Positions 25,501-39,000 of a DNA stretch of 64,000 bases are shown here, piece after piece (within the stretch, counting starts at the first letter, position 1; each line of letters starts with the position of its first letter). The stretch comes from Cycas panzhihuaensis (taxonomy: Eukaryota > Plantae > Cycadophyta): assembly GCA_023213395.1 (NCBI GenBank), contig CM041465.1:175219741-175283740 (forward strand), read 5' to 3'. The position numbers and the translations under genes are program-made. The notes under the pieces were generated by a model that worked only from the letters and a program-made list of their open reading frames with translations, searched no databases and was not told where the DNA came from.

Positions 25501-26758
25501 TGAAGATAGTACTAGTGATGCAAATAAAAAGGTATGTCAAGAAATTGAAAAGATTACCAATGAAGGTGATGGAACTACTCTTGAATGTATTGTTGAGAAT
25601 GACGAGGTTGATGATTTGGCCACTAATGAAAATAATCAAGCGATAGAAATTTTCCTAAATGAATCTATTGCTTTAGGAGAGGATGAAGTCAAGTCTGTTT
25701 GTTCTTTTGAAGATGTTGTTGATTCGGTTATTGGTTCTAATCCAAATTGCTCACAAGTTGATGAAGATTTTCCACCAAAAGTTGAAGGAATTGTTGTTGA
25801 AAGTACTAATCAAGAGGAAGAACACATGCAGGATGTTGAAGCTCATATTTCAAGCGATGTTTATTCTTCTTTTGTTGACTTATCTTCAAATTTTGACATT
25901 GGATCAATAGATCCTGATCATGCTATTACTGAAGAAAATGAAGACAAATAGGTGATGATTGAACCATTGACTGAAGACATGCTTGACATATATCACAAAC
26001 TTCAAGATGTTTTTGATGAATACATACAAGATCACCTGACAGATCTACACCAAGCTCAAGTTGATATGACCATGTTCTCCTGTACCCTCTACATGATGAA
26101 GGATTCATTCTTGCATATGAAGATGAAGAAAGTTAAGCTCAAGGGCCATCAATCTGGAAGACTACTTCAAGGACGACACTGCAGGAATCAAGATGAAGAT
26201 CAAAGTGAAAATATTGTCTTCAAGACCATTCCAAGATCAAAGCGTTGTAAATTCAAAACAATGCCTCAAGTCGAGTCATATGTTAATCAGTCCATGGTAC
26301 CTAGTGTCCTGATGTCTTTAGTATTCAGTTTTTGTTGTCTTGACATTAAACATTAAGGGGGAGTGTTAGAAGATAATGTTTAATGTGTGAGTGTCCAAAG
26401 TGTTTAGGTGAATGTCATGTCTAGGAGTCAATATTATAATGTTAATGTAATGCACATTTGTGTAAGTGGTCATCAGGTTATTAGTCAATAAGTAGTTGAT
26501 ATGTCATTGGTTGAGTTAAGAGGTCATTTGTCCCACATGTAAAGCAAGTCATGCTACGCTTTCTCACTTATGATCTATAAATAAGTGTTTGAGGTAGTGT
26601 AGTGAACATTGAGTCAAGATGGAGTCCATTATGATATTATTGTTGTGGAGTCATTGTGATGTAATCATTTTCATATTGAGTTAATGTTATCACATTATGA
26701 TCATGATATTTGTTATATTATTCTTGAATATTGAATGATCTCTTTGAATATTTCAACA
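22507..26758 (+). mobile_element. Non-autonomous Copia-type LTR element (TR-GAG-like): LTR-PBS-long leader-Gag/acidic ORF-PPT-LTR, no pol
   Basis: LTRs 22507-22904 and 26364-26758 (~396 bp, TG..CA). PBS TGGTATCAGAGC 22905-22916. PPT AAGGGGGAG 26355-26363. Flanks GAGTT / AAGGT (imperfect TSD). No PR/INT/RT/RH motif in the 3.4-kb interior. Confidence 0.88.
25145..26356 (+). pseudogene. Copia Gag N-terminus fused in frame to an Asp/Glu-rich region
   Basis: TNFRFWATKMECIFMAKRL*KVVHNG...AIQNTDTANKA*NLLKDVYEK continues in frame into ORFs 25412-25951 and 25952-26356. Interrupted only by a few in-frame stops. Confidence 0.7.
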
Positions 26759-26944
26759 AAGGTTTCAATAAATATATATACAAAATTTTAAAAATATAGA
26801 TGAAGCAAAAGAAACAATCTGCAACAAATATGAAGCTAAGAACATTTATGTCACACAATATTCATACACCATAATTAAAAAAACATCCCTTTTGTTTTAA
26901 TTTTAACATTTAGTGTTTGTTTTAATTTTGACATTTAGTGTTCG

Positions 26945-29900
26945 ACTACAATGGCGACTTCATAAGGAGCAAGTGGTTGGAATTCATGGCAAACTTCAAA
27001 TGGGGAGTGACCAATTGTGATGTGAGTAGCACAATTGTAACTATGTTGGACACGACGTAAGTGTTAGTTCTGATATTTTGAGTCGAGACAATTGATGCGA
27101 AGAGGATGGACTAGGGTTTTGTTGACCACTTCAATTTGGCCATTAGTTTGTGGATGGAAAGAGGTGGAGAAATTTAATATATGGTCAAGCATTTGCTAGA
27201 GTCACCGCCAAAAATGGCTAAGGAAACAACTATCTCTATCAAAGACAATGGAGAGAGGCAAGCCATACTGAGTCCATATGTGTTGAAAGAAGAGGTCAGT
27301 GGCTTGGGGTGTAGTAATGTTCTTCCTGTAGGGAATGAAAATAGTCATTTTGGAGAAGTGACAGACCACAAAAAAAAATATAATCATGCATGTACAGAGT
27401 GGTGGGAAGGTCGCTAACAAAGTCCATGAAAATGGATCCCCATAGCCCACTGGGTACAAGGAGTGGTTGGTATAGTCCTAACTTCTGGTTGGAAGGTTTG
27501 GAATAATTGCACAGAGAGTAGTGCCAAAAGGAATCCTCCATTGAATTCTACATGGATGGCCAATAAAAATAGTGTTAAACGTGCTAAAGAGTCTTGCATG
27601 TGCCAAAATGTCTGCCTGAAGTGGGTGGGTGAGCTTCCTTAAGTAGTTGGTGACATGGATTTTCAACTAGGACACAAAAGTGGTTGAGTTTCAAAAGTAG
27701 CCAATCGTAAAGATGATAATCTCGAAAGGTTTCCAAATTGGTTGTTGTGGGATGTTGTAGGGCAGCAAAGTAGGCCCATAATGGGGATCGAGTCGGTAAA
27801 GTGCCTTCCATTTAGTCTAGGTGCTACATCCAACATAGTGGTGAGGGAACAAATGGGTGGGCGGCCTAGGAAGCCCGCGACTTTGTTAATGGTCCCCTTC
27901 TTGTATCTGATTATAAGCCAAAATTGTTGCATGTAAGAGGCCCACTCATATGTCGATGCTCCTATATTTTGGATTGGGAGTTAAGAAATTGTAGATTGTA
28001 GGGGCTAATGGTTGGTGTGGACAATTGTCTCTTTCCTAAGTAGGAAGTGTCGCTAATACTTAGAGGGCCTTGACTAGTGCATAGAATTATTTGTCATATA
28101 TGTTGTAATTAAGATTAGCTTGAGAAAAGGTTTCAAAGTGGTTAGCGATTGGGTGTCCTCTCTACTTAAGAACAACACTAAGGGCAAATTGGGAAGCATC
28201 AATTTCAACTTCAAAAGGTTGTTGGAGATTTGGTAATCAAAGAACGAGAATTGTAGGCAAGGCAATCTTGAGTTTGTGGAAAGCTACTTCTATCTCAGGG
28301 CTCCAAAGGAAATCCTTGGTACTCTTAATGAGTAGGTGAAGTGGGTGGGCTATGCTAGAGAAATGATGAATGAACTTCAAATAAAAATTGACACTCCTTA
28401 AGAAACTTTTGAGTTCAGTGAGGCTAATGGGGGTTGGCCAATATTAAATGATTCAAACCTTCTTGGAATAGACATGGATTCCTACAACAGCAATAAGAAA
28501 ACCTAGATAGGAGATAAATTCTTGCTTGAAGAAGCATTTTTTGAGTTTGGATTTGAACTGGTGCCGTCGGAGGATGTCTCGGACTATGTTGACATGCTTT
28601 AGGTGCTCCTCCATTATGCTACCAAAAACCAAGATGTCATCAAGGTAGGCAATGACAAACTTGCCTAAGCAAGGATGGAGAATGTAGTTGATGAGCCACA
28701 TGAAAGTGGCGGGGGCATTGGTTAGGCCAAAGGGCATAACTAACCATTCATAGAAGCCACTTTGGTTTTAAAAGTTAATTTCCTTGTGTAACAAGATTCC
28801 ATGCAGACTTGGTGATAATTGGATGCCAAGTCGATCTCAATAAAGTATTTTGCTCCATGGAGTTGGTCAAACAGATCGTCAATGTGTAGAAGAGGATACT
28901 TGTTCTTGATAGTGATTTTGTTGAGGGCTCAATAGTTGATGCATAGTCACCATTCATTGTCCTTTTTTGGAACCAAGAGAATTGGAGAGCCACGTGGAGA
29001 GAAAATGAATTGGATCTTGCCGTTGTCAATCAACCAAGCAAGTTGTCATTCAAACTCAAGACTTTCAATGTACATGGTCCAATAGGCTAATTGATCTAAT
29101 AATGGTGACACTAGAATGATATCTATAGTGTGTTGTGCAAACCCAACCAAAGGAGTCCTCTTGGTTCCTCGAAGACATCAAAATATGCATCCATAAGTGC
29201 ACGCATGGTTGGAGGGGGAAGTTGTCACAATTGGCCTTTTTTGCTTGTCGTATCACACAAAGTGCCAGCTTTTTGGAGGAATTGAGCAATTTGATGGCTT
29301 GATTCCCTATAAGAAGGGGTATGGAAGGAGGAAAGGTGGTGCTTGTGGATGTAAATTTGTAAGCCTTTCCATTCTTGTGCAATGCAGGTGTTATGAAACA
29401 GTCATACAAGACTTTGTGTGCATGTTGGTAGGGTTGCCCAAATATGAGATTGTTACATTACAAAGAGGTGATATCACAATCTACTATAACAATGAACAAT
29501 AGAATAGCAAGAGGGATGTTGCAAATTCTATCTATTGTGGTCGTTGGGTCATTTGCAACCCACCCAAGAGTGTCAGAATTTGGGTGTGGTTTGGTGGGTA
29601 GCTATAAGGAGGTCACCAATGAGTGGGAAACTAGATTTTCATGCTACCATTGTTAAAAATACAAAGGGCCAATTGACCTTGGGTTTGGCAATTTTAGGTG
29701 AAGAGTGCTTCCTTCTTTGCAAAGGAGTGTTCTGCAATCATGAGAACTAGTGGTGGAGCTAGGGTTGTTTGTGGTGCCTTATTGTTCGAGTGTCTAGAGC
29801 AAAACCTCGATGATCCTATGAGTGGAGGCTGTTGAAGTGTTGTAGGGATGACTTGACATTGTAAGAGGTGTATGAACATGATCATCAAAGTAGTGACTAA

Positions 29901-30120
29901 GTGTTGTTGAAAATCTTGGATATGTTGTTGCTAATATTATAGTGCTTGCGTAAGCATGCAAGTGATTTCCAAGAGTGCTTGAGGGGAATTCCCACCTATT
30001 CCTAGAGCCATGGTGTGCAAAAACAAAAGGGGGTATGCCTACCTTGTGATAGGGCTTACAAATATATGTCCACTGACAATATACAAGGTTTGCCTGTGAT
30101 TGAGAGCTTATGGCCATATG
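26945..30120 (-). mobile_element. Decayed Ty3/Gypsy internal fragment (PR-RT-RH-INT), CRM-like by protease context
   Basis: RT MPFGLTNAPATF...AYLDDILVF (28453-28737), RH/INT YKKGTINKVA (27663-27932), INT GLYQPLLVPSGLWGSIFMDFV and GLPLSIVFDRDSCFLSHFW, protease-like CIFNNGSMK (~29640). LTRs not found. Confidence 0.85.
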
Positions 30121-33005
30121 CTCGTAGTTGGAAGTAAAAAGCTTTTTTTTTTTTTTTTTTTTGGTTTACGAGAACACAGAGGAGACAATGGAGGGGGCCT
30201 CGAGAACAAAGGTGAGGAGTCCCAATGTTTGAATAACCTATGAAAAAAGAAAATGGAAACTTAGAAGCAAAAAGAAGAAGTGACTTTGGAAAATGAACTT
30301 AGGTCATTAGAAAATCAAAAAAAGCATATGCTGAGAATATGCTTATTTAATATGGAATTCCAATTATAGACATGATTTTAGACAAGAAAATATATCAAAT
30401 TTTGATGGTGCATTTGTGCGAATAAAAATTCGTCTCCTGCAATCAAACATAATTTGGCAAAAAGATTTGAATGGCGAATGCAATTGGTGATCTAGAATTG
30501 CTTGAACTAGAGGGCTAACAAGAGAAATCATTAGTCATTACTTAGGCATCTGCATTTAATGCATCACAATAGCATGAATGTAGCATGGTGTGCTTCAATA
30601 ACACAAACCTGCAACCAACTGCGAATGCCCAAAAAATCAATTTTATGCCAAAATCCATAGATTTTTTTAACCAAGAAAAAAATAATCATAATTTGGAGTT
30701 TGTTGCCTTTTTGAAAGAAATCGAAAAGATTTCTAAGAGAAAATCAAAGGCAAGATGAATAAGAGTGTCACATCTATCAACTATATGATTAAAAATTCAA
30801 TGCAAAAGAAATACCAATCAGCAATACGACTTCTGACTTTTGAATGATCACAAACTGAATGCCCGCGATTCGTATGCCAAGAGCTCAGATGATAAGGACT
30901 ATGATTCACATGTTTTTTTTTTTTTTGTGAAGGTTATGGTTCAGCATAGACAGGAACGGATGCCCTACAAAGGTTGCCTCTTTTTTTTTTGGCCACAAAA
31001 GAAAGACAAACAAAAAACGTTGATATAAACGCAAATTGATGAAAGGTTTGCCACTTGGCAAGACACCCTAGCTCATCTACAATTCACATGCGTGTTGGGG
31101 ATGCCTTAAAGTGACACTACCTTTAGCAAGAGGAGCAATGAAGATCATGTAAAGGAAGAAAATAATTCTTCGATGCAAAGAGCCAAACTTGGCTTTGAAA
31201 CCAAAACTAATATGCCGCCAAGCATGAAAGAGAGAAAACATGAGCTTGCAACAAGAAGAACTAAAGAAAGGGGACTGTGAGAAAAGACTTAAGATCTTAT
31301 TCATGTTTTGAGAATGATACAAAGCCCTCTTTATAAGAGGTGATCCTCCTGAGTTATTATGTCCTCAGGATCAATGTCAAATAAAGTATAGTGTAGTACA
31401 AAAAAATAAATCATGATTACTCATCAAGTATCCCTATACCCAGGACATGTCCAACACAGGCACAATAGCCCTATAGGGCATATCAAGTATTAGAGATCAT
31501 AACCGTTCCTCTTTTGTCACAATCATTCCTTGAGCCATTCTAGGACAAAATTTTTGTAAGTGTCCTTCTAGGCATTCCTGGATTCATTCCCCTTGGTGAT
31601 GTTATTCCTTACAAGCATTCCTCGAGCATCAATGTGACATGTAACACTCTTGATGTAATCTATAGAGTAGTACGAAGGTTCTTCAATCCTTGGAGTGTGA
31701 GTTCTTTCTTCTAAGAGCTTAAAACACACAGTGTGGAAGTGAAAGTGAGTCTTATGGAGTTCAAGAATTGCCACAACCTAGACAAGCATATAAAAATAAA
31801 ATGGAAGGGACTTGAGGAGATGATATGTGGAAAATTTACTTTTATAGTCAACCCCAAAAGAATCGTAATGTACAATAGGAGGCTCCCTCTATTTTTTTTA
31901 GGATGTTCAGTGCATCATTAGATGAGGGGCAATTCCATGAAACTAGAAAAGTATCTATTTGAATATGAAATTAAAATGCCAATCCCTTTAGTACCTGACA
32001 TGCACTAACTCCGCTATGGACTAACTAGACTCAAGTCATTTTTTAATGTTAAGTGAACTCAACATCAACATAGAAATAATGTATATAGGCTACATTTATG
32101 TTAATTGGATAACTAGTAAACATGCACATCAATTCCTCATTGTTAAGAGGAAATTGACTCCAAGTTCATTAGCTATTATAGATGTGAAAAGTATTGCTCG
32201 AGTGTTGCCTATAAAATCTACTTGGCTTGTGTAGGCAAGCTACTACAATCTTCCCCACTAAATATGTGGTAGTCTGTTGATGTTGTGCGTTGCACATGTT
32301 GGTGTCAAGAAGAATGTCAACTAGAAGTGAAGGTTGGACATTTGCTATCATGTCCTCAAAGTATGTATGTCCTCAAAGTATGTTAGCTCAACCTCTTCCT
32401 TCAATAAATATTACAACCCACAACAATGAACGATATGAAAGTCTTATATTGTTGAAATTTCTTGCTAATTAAAATCCAAACTTTACAAAATGTAATTGCC
32501 AAATCCTCAAGTTGATAGATAACTATAATTCTCCATTCAATATTCCATATTACATAAGAAATATACTTTTAATTAAGAAGAGATTAGAATAGAAAACAAT
32601 GCAAAAGAATCTCAACAAGAGTATCTAAGAGTTAACAGGCAAGAAACCAAACACCAATGAGAACCAAATAATACCGCTATTAAGGGAAGGAACAAGATCG
32701 CTTCCACCACAAGCCACCCTGCGCCCAAATTGCAAGTTGATGTTAACCCATCCCACTAATCATCTCACCCTATTAGCAAGAAATTTCAAAAGTGGATCTA
32801 TTAGACATACCTATTCCACTATTGAGCCTCTATGGGCATACTAATGCTAAACAATAATATTGCACGTAACAACTTTCATAATAAAGCTATGCACAATAGC
32901 CTCACTACATGCAAAAGATTTCATAATAGAGCTACACGCAAACAACCTTCTCAATTATGCTAAATGTAGTAGCCTTCTCTAGGTAGAATCCTTGGCTTAC
33001 TTTGG

Positions 33006-36000
33006 TGTAGCTCTCCTCATAGGTTAACCTGCAGAACCAAATAAAAAAGAACTCACGGACAACAATTGCCCTCTGCCCAAATTCACTTCTCCTTAAATAT
33101 TACATGGAATGGCTACATGAAAGGTCATTGAAAACAAAGTGAAAAGTCTTTAATGAGATGAAGAGTCAAGAATCACCCCTTGAGGATCTTGTAAATACTC
33201 TTTTCATAAGTGATGACTTCCTCCACTAGATATAGTCTCTTTTACACACTTAAGTCCCCCTTAGGGTGACAATAATAATGCGTCATCTCACTTAAGGTTA
33301 TAATACATGGCCCCTCAAAGGGTTATAATAAAAATATATAAACTTTCTTAGCATTTTACATTATCCCCCCCTAAGGGAGATCATTACCCTCAATGATCCA
33401 TGGGCAACAAATCATTTGCCTTTATAAAGACCTTAGACTTTCAAGTAGCATCTTCTATAGGTTGACCTGTCCATTGAATAACTACTCGACAATATCTTTG
33501 CTTCGCAACTTTTAAGTATGTATATCTAGAACCCTTTATCGTTCATGCATTATAAAATCAACATCTTGGACATCTATGATAATGGAAATCTTTTGTCAAA
33601 ATGCAATAAAGCTTATTTTAATCAATTGACATGAAAAACTTTGTGTATCTTTACATAGGATGGTAATTGCAAATGATAAGCCACATAACCAACCTTTTGC
33701 AATGCCTCAAATAGTCCATAATATTGTGCAAATAACATGTAACACTTCCCTATAAATAATGAATTATATCTGTTAACTTGAATTCAGGAGACAAAAGGAT
33801 GATAAGAGAACTCAACAATCTTTATTGAGAGGACGAACTTCTTAAATACATGATTGTGCTTGTAACTGTTATAACCTGATGTGTAACCAACCTCTCAGGA
33901 TATGACACGTCACAGTTACATGTATAGGTTACATAATTAATGACTCTTTAGATAAAACATTACCTCCTAACACCCTCTCTTAATGTTTTATCTCTCTCAA
34001 ACCTATCTAGTCTCTCATGGACTGAATTTTTTCTTTTCCTAGTGACTTTGCCAACAGATATGTAATTTGTTCTGCAGTAGAACAATATTCTAGTTTGATT
34101 TCTTTATCATGAACCTTTTCCCTTATAAAATGACGGTGAACTTCAATGTGCTTAGTTCTGGCATGAAGAATAGGATTCTTGGTTAGCTTGATGGCACTTT
34201 GATTGTCACAGTACAAGGTTGTTGCATTCTTTTGAGGTCGATTCAAATCGATCAAAAACTGTCGAAGCCATACTGCTTCACAGGTTGTAGTTACTGCTAC
34301 TTTATATTCTGCTTCAGTTGAGGAGAGTGCAACAGTTGATTGTTTTTTGTTGCACCATGAAATTTCAACTGATCCTAGGAAAAAACAATAGCCACCAGTG
34401 GACTTTCTTTGGTCTTTATCACCTGCCCAATCCGAATCACAATATCCTGTGAGTTCTACCAATACTTTTCTTGAGTAGATTAGTTTCAATTCTATTGTTC
34501 CTCGCAAATATCTCAGTATTCTCCAAGTTGCCTTTCAATGGCTCACTCTAGGTTCTTGCATGTACCTAGAGAATACTCCGAGAGAATAGGATATGTTGGG
34601 TCTAGTGGTTGTAAGGTAAATCAAACTACCAACTAGTTGTCTATATAGAGTGACATCAATTGTCTATTTCTTTTCACCCGATACCAAGTTGCAGTTGATC
34701 TCCATGGATGTAGCACATGGATTGCAATTTGTGATCTTGAATTTTTCCAACAAATCCTTTATGTATTTATTTTGTGAGAGAGAAATGTATTCTTGATGTT
34801 GACTTACTTCCAATCCCAAATAATAATTAAGAAGACCAAGGTCTATCATTTCGAATTTCTTTTCTAATTGACCTTTTATTTCTATAATTGACTTGTCATC
34901 ATTTCCTGTTAATATCATATCATCTACATAAACAACAATTATAGTGATTTGATCATCCTTTTTCTTTGTGTACAGACTGGAACCTGAACTACAATGCTAA
35001 AAATCGTTATTACTTAAGTGTTGATCTAATTTGGCGTACCTGGCATGCGGAGCTTGCTTCAGTCTGTATGGGGCCTTTTTTAACTTGCATGCTAATTGTT
35101 CTTGTCCTTTTCTAACATAACCCTCAGGTTGTATCATGTACACATCTTCTTCAAGATCATCGTTCAAGAATGCACTTTTTATATCTAGTTGGAAAATTTT
35201 CCAGTTGTGTAATGTTGCAGGAGCTATCACAGTTCTTACTATGTCCAACTTTGCTATAGGTGAGAAGGTCTCTTCAAACTCGATTCTAGTTGTTTGGGTA
35301 TATCCTTTAGCAACAAGACGAGCTTTATGTTTTTCGATCTTTCCATTTGCACCTTCCTTGATCTTATATACCCATCTATAATTAACTACAGGTTTGTCTA
35401 GAGGAAGTTCTACTAGTTCTCATGTCTGCTTTTTATCAATTGAGTTCATTTCGGCATCCATTGTTGTCTTCCATTTTGGTTGACCTTGGGCCTTCTGGAA
35501 TGATTGAGGTTCAACTCTGCTAAGCAGAGCTTTTGGTCTTTGACCTCTTAGTTTTTGATGAAGTATGCTTCCCCCTTCTTCAACGGTCTTAATGAACCAT
35601 TTGGGCAGTTTCTTTTCCCTTTTTGAGTCTTCTCTTATTTCTAAAGGTTCTGAATGAGATTTTGCCTCCTGTGTTGTATTTCCTTCTTCACCTGAATCCT
35701 CGTGAAACGAGCAAGATGAGATTTCTTCAGTAGTGATGTCTGAGATTTCTTCTGTGAAGACTTCTTTATTTGAATTCTCTGTTTCTCCTTCAATTATTCT
35801 GATTTGAGGTTGGGGATCCAAGCTTTCTTCATTAAAGATTACATCTCTGCTAATATATATCTTACTTGTTTTTGGATCAATGCATTTATAAGCTTTTGAA
35901 TTCTTACTATATCCTATCATAATACACTCTATGCTCTTTGCATCAATTTTTGATCTCCTTTTGTCTGGCATGTGCACATAAGCCTGGCTACTAAACACTT

Positions 36001-39000
36001 TAAGGGAATTGACATTAGGTTTTTTACCTGTCCATGCTTCCTCCAGTGTGATATTCTCTGGAACTTTAGTTGGACTTCTGTTTATAAGGTAGCAGGATGT
36101 ATTCACAGCTTCTACCCAATATAATTTCAGAACCTGTCTTTCATGTACCATGCTACGAGCCATTTCCATCAGAGTTCTATTTTTTCTTTCAGCAATGCCG
36201 TTGGATTGTGGAGTATAGGGCGTGGTGATTTGTCTTCGAATTCCATTCCTCTTGCACTAGGTTAGAAACTCATTAGATATATATTCTCCTCCTCCATCTG
36301 ATCCAATGCACTTTATTTTGGATTCTGACTCAAGTTCTATCTCTGCTTTAAATTCTTTAAAGGTTTCAAAGACCTCTGATTTATTATGCAGAAAGCATAC
36401 CCAGACTTTTCTAGTGAGATCATCAATGAAAGTTAAAAGGTACCTACAACCATTTGTTGAAAGTGGTGTAAGTGGTCCACAGAGATCTGTGTGAACCAAT
36501 TCCAATTTGTTTTATGATCTCCATTTATTCTCTTTGAAAGGTAATCTGTGATTTTTCCCAAATTGGCATCCTTTACACACAAAGCTTTCTGAAGAAATGT
36601 AAGGCAATCCATGCCCTATATCATGTTTTTTCATTTTCTTTAATGTTTCTACTAGTAGATGCCCGCACTTCAAATGCCACATTTTATTATCAGGATTCAC
36701 AACAGTACAAGCTTTTGGACCTAGACTGGGTATTACAGGATCTGAAATCAGTTTATACAGATCATTACTCCTAACGCCTTTGGCAACTATTTCCCCATTA
36801 TTTCTCATATCCAGTATCAGACAGAGACCATCTTCATCAAACACAGTTCTTAGCCCTCTTTTGCTAAGTTGTGAGACAGATAAAAGATTCATTCTGAGGT
36901 CAGGGACCAACAAAACATTTCCAAGTTTCTTTACACTACCTTGTACACAGACAGAAACAGTACCCACTCCCTTAACTTCTAGTGGATACTTATCACCTAA
37001 TTCTACTAATTTGTTGATGTCACAGGGTTACAAAATTTCAAACCATTCTTGACGATTCATCATGTGTCGTGAAGCTCCAAAGTCGATGAACCGCGTGTCA
37101 GTTTCCTTTAATCCTGCTGACAAGGCAACTACGAATGTTGTTTCTTCTTCTTCTTCTTCAATTTGTTCTTTACTGTAGTTGCCCACTCGTCTTTTCCCTC
37201 TTTGAATGTCTGCTCTCCTATGGGGACATTGATAGGGATAATGTCCCAACTGTCCACAATGATAACATGCATCGAATGCTTTGCAAGTACTGGCGAAGCG
37301 TCTAGATCTGCCACAATTAAAACATATCTTGGAGTCTCGACTTCATTCGCATCCTCTGTTGTCTAAATAACGACCACGAGCAAAACTCCTAGAATCTGGA
37401 GTCCATCCCCTTCCACATGTCTGGCTTCGTCCTCGTGATCCTAGATTTAATCTGGAAGCAAATGTATCTTCCAGTTCTGCTAAGTCTTCATATCGCTTGT
37501 TTCTTTGTTCTTGTATAAGCAGTATTCCAGTCAACTCGTCAAGGGTCATTTTGTCAATTTGATTATTATTTGTAATGGTGTTGATGGTTACATCAAAAGT
37601 CTTTGGTAATTTGCTGGCTGCTATCTGAACAAGTTCTGGTTTAGGCAAAACTTCTCTAGCACTCAAAATTCCATTTCTAAACGAAGTGACTTTGTGTATG
37701 AACTCAGTCACTGTTTCATGCTCTTTTATGTGTAACTTGCACAATTCTTCCTTCAGAGCAAATAACAAGGCCTTATTTTTTTGACCAAACAAATTTTCGA
37801 AACATTTCCAAATAGTTGAGGTTGAAGTCAATTTTTCCACGTATACCAAGAGAGAGTTGGATACTGACAATTTAAGGATAATTACACCTGCATTATCTCT
37901 TTCCAACCAACTAAATAGGGTTGCACTGGCATTATCAGGCTTGGTCTTAGTTCCAAGAGCAATATTCCAAGCGTTGCGGGCCCTAAGCAGAGTTTTGATC
38001 TTTATTTTCCAGATATGATAGTTACTATCAGTGAGTTTATCTTGTTCGGAGAGACCATAAAGTGGAGCAACCATCATTAATGAAGAGAGAGAAAATTAGA
38101 CTGGGCTGGCCGTACAATTGTACAGATTTCCGTACAAAACCCTAAGCGTATGGACAAGGACAAAAGATACCTCAAAAGAGAGGTTTTCTCACCGTCTACT
38201 CAGATTTGAAGTCGGTTTTGCAAAAGAACTTTTCAATTGAAAGAAAACAACCTCGAAAGATTGGACGGGCGCCTAGGGTTTTGATTTGTTTTGGCCAAAA
38301 TCCACCAAATTGCTTCGAGAAATCAGACGAAATTGATTCCAAAAACAAATTTTAGAACCATTATTACCCAGATTCAGGCCCAATTTTGACATGATTCAAA
38401 TTTTTTTGCTTCAATCTTGCGTGGAGTGGTCTATGGCTAATTTGACCCCTGAAACGGCTTCAAACGTCTTCGACAAAGAAAAGAAAAGTGACAAGCGTCC
38501 TTCGATCTACTTGCCCACCAAATTTCATCTCATTCTGAGGACTTCAAAAAATTGTCGACCGTATGGTTCTGTACAGTTCCGTACAAATCATTTAATGCTC
38601 TTTTTCCGTACTGGAGAGCCTTCCAAACTCGTCTCCCTTCTTGAACCCTTGACTTGTCTTCAGGAACTAGAATTTCTTCTTTCAGACGAGCAGTTACACT
38701 TGGGCCTGCTCTGATACCATGTTAACTTGAATTTAGGATACAGAAAGCTGATAAGAGAACTCAACAATCTTTATTGAGTGGACAAACTTCTTAAATACAT
38801 GATTGTGCTTGTAACCATTATAACTTGATGTGTAACCAACCTCTGAGGATATGACACATATCATAGTTACATGTATATGTCACATAATTAATGACTCTTT
38901 AGATAAAACATTACCTCCTAATAATATCTTGGTTTTACTTATAGAAAAATAAATTAAAACACTTCAAAAGCTCAATGTTTGGAGTTAGTTTACACAAACC

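Noticed and set aside
26890-26941. 25-bp tandem duplication
   Set aside because: Ordinary local slippage at a TE junction.
31021-31646. Possible solo LTR on the minus strand
   Set aside because: LTR-like texture and TG/CA candidates, but no matching TSD, PBS, PPT or second copy.
31700-32480. Possible very old Gypsy gag/protease remnant (+)
   Set aside because: Only faint residue patterns, no diagnostic motif.
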